Positions 58,914-64,000 of a stretch of DNA of 64,000 nucleotides are shown here, piece after piece (position 1 is the first letter of the stretch; each line of letters opens with the position of its first letter). This DNA is from Polaribacter sp. GTDB lineage: Bacteria > Bacteroidota > Bacteroidia > Flavobacteriales > Flavobacteriaceae. Under the pieces are notes generated by a model that was not told the origin of the DNA, did no database searches, and saw only the letters and a program-made list of their open reading frames with translations. The stretch is from assembly GCA_029245785.1 (NCBI GenBank), contig JAQWOR010000074.1:4758-68757 (forward strand), given 5' to 3'. The translations under genes and the position numbers were made by a program.

Positions 58914-59306
58914 TTAGCGTTTCTTATCAAGCCCTAATAGTCTTTTCAAATCTTCTTTATCAGACCTCAAATCTACAATTTGATTCTCCAATACTACTAT
59001 CATCTTATCTTTTTCGACACAACTTTTACAACTCCGTTTATACTCTTTTCCTTCTTCTTCAACTAAATACTCCCCAGCAGAAAACACTTTTTTAGCCGAA
59101 CCTCTCAACAACCAGTACAAATCTGTATCTGGGTATTTCGTAATTATATTTACAATAGCATTTGAGTTCAACGGAGTTTCTTTTGCCTTGCCTCTAAAGC
59201 TTGCAGAAGTCATTCCGATACTCTTAAAAAAGTCTTCTTTACTTATATCTTGTTTTTCGGCAACTTCTACAACCCGGTCTTTTATATTTGTAAATTTATT
59301 TTCCAT
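58914..59306 (-). CDS. Phage-repressor (cI)-like HTH protein with a coiled-coil tail and no S24 peptidase domain
   Basis: IKDRV...FFKSIG...NSNAIVNI...YPDTDLYWLLRG pattern of Bacteroidota repressor N-termini. Confidence 0.65.
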   Translation of the reverse strand: MENKFTNIKDRVVEVAEKQDISKEDFFKSIGMTSASFRGKAKETPLNSNAIVNIITKYPDTDLYWLLRGSAKKVFSAGEYLVEEEGKEYKRSCKSCVEKDKMIVVLENQIVDLRSDKEDLKRLLGLDKKR

Positions 59307-59333
59307 TTATTATTGTTTTGTAAATTTATTTAC
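59290..59333. promoter_or_regulatory. Two candidate operators GTAAAT-nn-ATTTAC, 30 bp apart
   Basis: GTAAATTTATTTTC (59290-59303) and GTAAATTTATTTAC (59320-59333); TTTGTAAATTTATTT repeats exactly. Confidence 0.5.
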
Positions 59334-59401
59334 ATATCTTGTGCTATACCAAAACAACAACAAGATAGCAACAATTATCCTAATACCAAAAAGCAATTAC
59401 T

Positions 59402-59665
59402 ATGATTACAGAATTAGAACAAAAACAATTAAAACTTCTTTTTAAAAACCATTATGCAGATGATGTTTTAACCATTTTGAACAATCAACATATTTATAAC
59501 AGAAACGGACAGCCACACAATGTTAGGTACATCAGAATGGTTTTTCAAAGAGTTCGGAAAAACTCAGATATAGAAGCTGCTATCTGGCAATTGGCTACTC
59601 AAAGAAAAGAACAATTAGAAATTCAAAGATTGCAAAAACAAAAAATACTTAACAGAACAATTTAA
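59402..59665 (+). CDS. Small basic hypothetical protein divergent from the repressor (Cro-like position)
   Basis: 87-aa ORF with ATG in an AT-rich context; helical, Arg/Lys-rich. Confidence 0.55.
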   Translation: MITELEQKQLKLLFKNHYADDVLTILNNQHIYNRNGQPHNVRYIRMVFQRVRKNSDIEAAIWQLATQRKEQLEIQRLQKQKILNRTI

Positions 59666-59970
59666 ACTTATTTAAGGGGGGGATTTTAAAAGGGAGGTCA
59701 AGGCAAACATAGCTGCCTTGACTTTATGAATAGTACGTACGTAGAATTTACTTTCTATGTAGGTGCTATTCTATTTTAGCATCTAAAAAGAACCCCTGCA
59801 AACTTTTGTATTTTCTTTACAAATTAGTCAAAAGTATTTTCTAGAGAGATTCACTTCGTGCATCCCAAAAGGAATCATGGAGCAAGCATAAAAACCTGGC
59901 AAGCTACGCTTGTTGCTTTTTTTATTTCAGAAAACACTTAAAAGCAAGCTTTTGTTTTTTCTGAAATAAA

Positions 59971-59998
59971 AAAACCTTTGACGAATGTCAAAGGTTTT
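59971..59998 (-). terminator. Terminator downstream of tRNA-Ser
   Basis: AAAACCTTTGAC-GAAT-GTCAAAGGTTTT. Confidence 0.8.
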
Positions 59999-60004
59999 CT
60001 TTTG

Positions 60005-60089
60005 CAGAGAGGAAGGGATTCGAACCCTCGATACGTTGCCGTATACACGCTTTCCAAGCGTGCGCCTTCGACCACTCGGCCACCTCTCT
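60005..60089 (-). tRNA. tRNA-Ser(GGA), 85 nt, long variable arm, CCA not encoded
   Basis: AGAGAGG/CCTCTCT acceptor stem, CACGC-TTGGAAA-GCGTG anticodon arm, GGTTCGAATCC T-arm, G discriminator. Confidence 0.97.
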
Positions 60090-60093
60090 TTTT

Positions 60094-60204
60094 ACACTGA
60101 ACTTGTTTCAGTGTCTCAGTATCCATTCTTTCAGAAGCTCTTAAAAGAACCTTAAACAGTAAACTAAATCAGGCCTTAATGAGATCCTGAAATAAATTCA
60201 GGAT
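60094..60204. repeat. Inverted REP doublet between tRNA-Ser and rimM; the right copy contains the rimM stop codon
   Basis: ACACTGAACTTGTTTCAGTGTCTC (60094-60117) and GAGATCCTGAAATAAATTCAGGAT (60181-60204). Confidence 0.8.
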
Positions 60205-60725
60205 AAATACATCTCTATCAACCCCGATGGAGTCTCTACTTCAATAATTTGACGCTTTCTATCTACTTTTTTTATAAAATGGTCAATCATCGGAATAAAA
60301 ACGTCTTTATCTCCGTTCTTAATTTCAAACAATGGTTGTGCCGTTTTATCATTGATTCCGTGAATAACTCCCACTTCTCCATAATTTACATCTACCGCTT
60401 TGAAACCGATAATCTCATGAAAATAAAATTTATTCCCTGATAATTTTGGCAACAAATCTAAAGGCAAATACACGTCAGATTTTAAAATGCTATCTGCCTC
60501 TGCTTCTGAAGCGATTCCTTCAAACTGAACTCGCAATTGATTTCCTTTTTGAAGCAAACTTTTTTTAATAAAAAATGGAATCAAGTTATTGCCTAAATCG
60601 ACAAAAATTGATTCCATTTCTTTATACAATTCGGGTTCATCTGTATCTAATTTGATAACAACCTCACCCTTAAAACTATGTTTTCTAACAATCTTGCCTA
60701 AATAAAAACAATCTTCTTTACGCAT
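60198..60725 (-). CDS. rimM: Ribosome maturation factor RimM
   Basis: LGKIVRKHSFKGEV, FYFHEIIG, Q..., FIP, PSGLI. Confidence 0.93.
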   Translation of the reverse strand: MRKEDCFYLGKIVRKHSFKGEVVIKLDTDEPELYKEMESIFVDLGNNLIPFFIKKSLLQKGNQLRVQFEGIASEAEADSILKSDVYLPLDLLPKLSGNKFYFHEIIGFKAVDVNYGEVGVIHGINDKTAQPLFEIKNGDKDVFIPMIDHFIKKVDRKRQIIEVETPSGLIEMYLS

Positions 60726-60742
60726 CTCGTTAGTTCGTTGAA

Positions 60743-61357
60743 TTACTCTGCAGATTTCTCTTCAGTAGCTTCTTCTGTTTTAGTTTCTTCTGTTGCAACT
60801 TCTTCTGTTGCTTCTTCAACTACTTCTTCAGTAGTTGCTTCTGCAGCTTCTTTTTCTGCTACAGCAGCAGCCTCAGCAGCTTCTTTCTCTGCAATTAATG
60901 CAGCTTCAGCTTCTTTTACAGCATTGATACGAGCTTCGTTTACTGCTTTTTCAGCTTCTAACGCTTTTGCTTTTGCATCTGCTTGAGATTTTGCTAAACC
61001 ATCTTCTTTTGCAGTTACTTTACCTGCTTTTTCTTCCAACCAAGCAGTAAATTTTGCATCTGCTTGCTCTTGTGTTAAAGCCCCTTTCTTTACTCCACCT
61101 GCTAAATGATTTTTTAACATCGCACCTTTGTAAGACAAAATTGCTCTCGCAGTATCTGTTGGTTGTGCTCCGTTTTGTAACCATGTTACAGTACCATCAA
61201 TATCTAAATCAATAATAGCTGGGTTTACGTTTGGATTGTAGGTTCCTAATTTTTCTAAGAACTTACCATCTCTTTTTGAACGGCCATCGGCAGCAACGAT
61301 CCAGTAGAATGGCTTGCCTTTTTTACCGTGTCTTTGTAATCTGATCTTTACAGACAT
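60743..61357 (-). CDS. rpsP: 30S ribosomal protein S16 with an Ala/Glu-rich C-terminal extension
   Basis: MSVKIRLQRHGKKGKPFY, GTYNP, GAQPTDT; TACATTTG promoter element at 61406-61413. Confidence 0.96.
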   Translation of the reverse strand: MSVKIRLQRHGKKGKPFYWIVAADGRSKRDGKFLEKLGTYNPNVNPAIIDLDIDGTVTWLQNGAQPTDTARAILSYKGAMLKNHLAGGVKKGALTQEQADAKFTAWLEEKAGKVTAKEDGLAKSQADAKAKALEAEKAVNEARINAVKEAEAALIAEKEAAEAAAVAEKEAAEATTEEVVEEATEEVATEETKTEEATEEKSAE

Positions 61358-61475
61358 AATTGTTAAATTTTTAAGGTTCTCGACCTTGATTATTAATTAA
61401 GGGTGCAAATGTAGTAACTTTTCTCAATATAAAAGACTAATACAACATTAATTATAGCTAAAAATAGGGTTTCAA

Positions 61476-64000
61476 TTATTTTACAAACTCTTTAAATGTT
61501 TTTAGTTTTAATGCTTCTAAAAATTTTACTTTCTTTTTTATTTTTGCATATGCTTTTTTAGAGTTCATAAAACGTTCGGAAACTAAAGATAAACTTTCTA
61601 ATTCTGCATTTGATGGCTTGTCATAACTGGTAGCAATTTTACTATACAGATCAGACATTTTCTCTCTTAATTGTGGTTCCGAAGAACCAACATAATTGTC
61701 TCCAGTTGTAATTACCAACGATTTTTTTAGCTGGGTAAGCTTCTTTACCAATTTCTTTTTCTTTAAGCTCTTTCCCTCTACCAAAATGGCATCTAATTCA
61801 TATACTAGATATGCCAATTCTTGCATCATATCGTACATTTTCATAGTAGTATTATGCTTAAACACTCTGTCTTCTTTACTCAAATTAGATTTTGAATCAT
61901 ATACAAGCTCTATTTTTTGTGTAAAGGTTTCTCTTCCTTTCTTTAAGACAACATTATAAGTACCTGCTTCCGCTAAGGGAGAGGTAAAACCTCCAAAACT
62001 AAATGTTTTTCCTTTAGCTACCTTAGGCTGCTTTATCCTATAATTCCAATTTACAATATTAATTCCTTTAGATTTTCCTGGACCAAGCTTACCAACTACA
62101 TCCCCTTTTTCATCTTGAATTTCCATGGTCATTTTACCAAAAGTATGGCGCTTTTTAAGGTAATATTTTATTTGTGCTGCCCTACTTGGGTTGGCTCCTA
62201 CAAACTGAGTTTCGGCTCCAAAACTACCCGAAAAACTTCCTTCTTCATAAATAACCGTTGGCGATGAATTAAAAAAGTGCACTTTCTTTGTCAGCATCTT
62301 TTGGTTTATTTCTCTTAATGGTGAAATATCGTCAATAATAATGACTCCCCTACCATGTGTTCCCATGACCAAATCATTTGTTTGTTTTTGCAAATCAATA
62401 AAATGCACCGCAACTGAAGGCATATTGTTGGTAAATTTATTCCAATTTTCTCCACCATCAATAGTAATATACAATCCAAATTCTGTTCCTAAAAACAACA
62501 GGTCTGGATTCTCATAATCTTCTTGAATATTTCTAACAAACCCTACCACATCATCAGAAATAATACTTTTCCAAGTTTTTCCAAAGTTAGTTGTTTTATA
62601 AGCATAAGGTTTCATATCATTCATTGTATGTCCATCAAAAACAGCATAAGCAGTCCCTTTATCAAAAACACTTGCTTCAATATGATATACCCATGTATTC
62701 TTTGGTAAACCTGAAATATTCATCGATGTATTTGTCCAAGTTTTACCCCCGTTTTGAGTTACCTGTACATTTCCATCATCTGTACCTACCCAAATTACAT
62801 TTTCATCTAATGTAGATTCTGCAATTGTAAAAATGGTGGTGTGATTTTCTGCTCCAGAATTATCTTTCGACAAGCCTCCTGAATTATCTTGATTTTGTTT
62901 CTTTGGATCATTTGTTGTCAAATCTGGAGAAATAATTTTCCAGGTATCCCCCATGTCTTCTGACTTATGTAAAAATTGACTTCCCATATAGAATCGATCT
63001 GGCTGATGTACACTTACGGCCATCGGCGCATTCCAATTATAACGTAGTTTTGGAAATCCTTTTTGTGGCAATGGCTGAATTGTCTTGATTCTCTTATGAT
63101 CAACATCATAACGCCAAACATTTGCAGCCCCTTGCATTTCTGAATAAATAATATTTTTAGTAGGGTGTTTTAATACTCTAAATCCATCTCCACCTCCAAT
63201 AGAGTTCCAATCTCTAGCCTGTATTCCTCCAGCCGAAGAAGAAGGACCATACCAAGAACCATTATCTTGTAGTCCTCCATAAATATTATACGGTTCAGCA
63301 TCATCAACACTGATGTGATAAAATTGTGATAGTGGTAAATTTTCAACAATTTCCATTGTTGTTCCTCCATTTAATGAGCGGTACACACCTCCATCTGTAC
63401 CCACATACATTCTGTCAGAATCATGAATATCAAAAGTAATGTCATGAATATCACTATGCATATTTCCTAAGCCTTTAAATGTTTTTCCTCCGTCTCTTGA
63501 AATAGATCCGGTCAATCCTCCTTTTACAATTACATCTGGGTTTTTAGGATCTACGACTATTCTTGAAAAATAAAACGGGCGTACCGTAATTCCAAAATCA
63601 TTGTTTAATTGTTTCCAACTTGCTCCTGCATCGACACTTTTATACAAGCCTTTTCTTTCGCTCTTTTCTGCCTCAATAACAGTATACAACACATTAGAGT
63701 CTGAAGGTGCTACAGCAATTCCTAACCTACCTAATTTGCCTTCTGGGAAACCATTGTGAATTTTATTCCACGTTGTACCACCATCTACAGACTTATAGAG
63801 CGCACTGTTTTCTCCTCCAGATTCAAAAGACCAACCTGTACGTCTAAATTCCCACATCGAGGCATACAAGATGCTTGGATTTTCAGGATCCATCATTAAA
63901 TCTGCACATCCTGTTTTTTGATTTGTGTACAGAATTTTATTCCATGTTACGCCTCCGTCAATGGTTTTATAAACACCTCGTTCTTCGCTATCTCCCCAAA
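61476..64000 (-). CDS. VPS10/BNR (Asp-box) repeat beta-propeller protein, glycosyl hydrolase-like; 5' end outside the window
   Basis: Repeated SxDGGxTW boxes; the frame stays open past 63896 to the window edge (WGDSEERGVYKTIDGGVTW). Confidence 0.85.
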   Translation of the reverse strand, partial: WGDSEERGVYKTIDGGVTWNKILYTNQKTGCADLMMDPENPSILYASMWEFRRTGWSFESGGENSALYKSVDGGTTWNKIHNGFPEGKLGRLGIAVAPSDSNVLYTVIEAEKSERKGLYKSVDAGASWKQLNNDFGITVRPFYFSRIVVDPKNPDVIVKGGLTGSISRDGGKTFKGLGNMHSDIHDITFDIHDSDRMYVGTDGGVYRSLNGGTTMEIVENLPLSQFYHISVDDAEPYNIYGGLQDNGSWYGPSSSAGGIQARDWNSIGGGDGFRVLKHPTKNIIYSEMQGAANVWRYDVDHKRIKTIQPLPQKGFPKLRYNWNAPMAVSVHQPDRFYMGSQFLHKSEDMGDTWKIISPDLTTNDPKKQNQDNSGGLSKDNSGAENHTTIFTIAESTLDENVIWVGTDDGNVQVTQNGGKTWTNTSMNISGLPKNTWVYHIEASVFDKGTAYAVFDGHTMNDMKPYAYKTTNFGKTWKSIISDDVVGFVRNIQEDYENPDLLFLGTEFGLYITIDGGENWNKFTNNMPSVAVHFIDLQKQTNDLVMGTHGRGVIIIDDISPLREINQKMLTKKVHFFNSSPTVIYEEGSFSGSFGAETQFVGANPSRAAQIKYYLKKRHTFGKMTMEIQDEKGDVVGKLGPGKSKGINIVNWNYRIKQPKVAKGKTFSFGGFTSPLAEAGTYNVVLKKGRETFTQKIELVYDSKSNLSKEDRVFKHNTTMKMYDMMQELAYLVYELDAILVEGKSLKKKKLVKKLTQLKKSLVITTGDNYVGSSEPQLREKMSDLYSKIATSYDKPSNAELESLSLVSERFMNSKKAYAKIKKKVKFLEALKLKTFKEFVK

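Noticed and set aside
58874-60089. Intact prophage or ICE at tRNA-Ser
   Set aside because: No integrase, structural or transfer genes, and I found no second copy of the tRNA 3' end in the window
59938-60126. 62-aa ORF over the tRNA
   Set aside because: It overlaps tRNA-Ser, its terminator and a REP copy; spurious
60743-61000. Ala/Glu-rich tail of S16 as a novelty or frameshift
   Set aside because: Long low-complexity C-terminal extensions are usual for Bacteroidota S16

Overview
A 64 kb window from a Flavobacteriaceae-type (marine Bacteroidota) chromosome. The left ~27 kb (134-26765) is an accessory catabolic island of two convergent operons. Together they encode what looks like a salvage system for the post-translationally modified residues of collagen: a trans-3-hydroxyproline dehydratase and a pyrroline-2-carboxylate reductase; the four-enzyme 4-hydroxyproline pathway; a hydroxylysine kinase-M23-phospholyase fusion flanked by two GH2 beta-galactosidases; a YgjK-like GH63 alpha-glucosidase; a mutarotase; proline-tolerant peptidases; a DUF885 candidate peptidase; and GntR and AraC regulators. 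The GH63/GH2/kinase-lyase set matches, step by step, what is needed to dismantle Glc-alpha1,2-Gal-beta-O-hydroxylysine. This is the main finding and it is an inference from gene content. At 26.8-29 kb there is a rearrangement scar: a carbohydrate esterase with no proper start is joined head-to-head to a susD 3' fragment, followed by duplicated hairpins. A frameshifted GIY-YIG nuclease sits between an inverted pair of REP-like palindromes; the same palindrome family recurs across the window with compensatory base changes. The rest is mostly core genome: hemW, ruvC, mnmD, ilvE, tag, folA, thyA, nupC, etfAB, pdhB, ppa, a membrane pyrophosphatase, pxpABC, pckA, rimM and rpsP. A cI/cro-like divergent pair with candidate operators lies beside tRNA-Ser(GGA). 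All assignments come from reading motifs by eye; no database searches were run.
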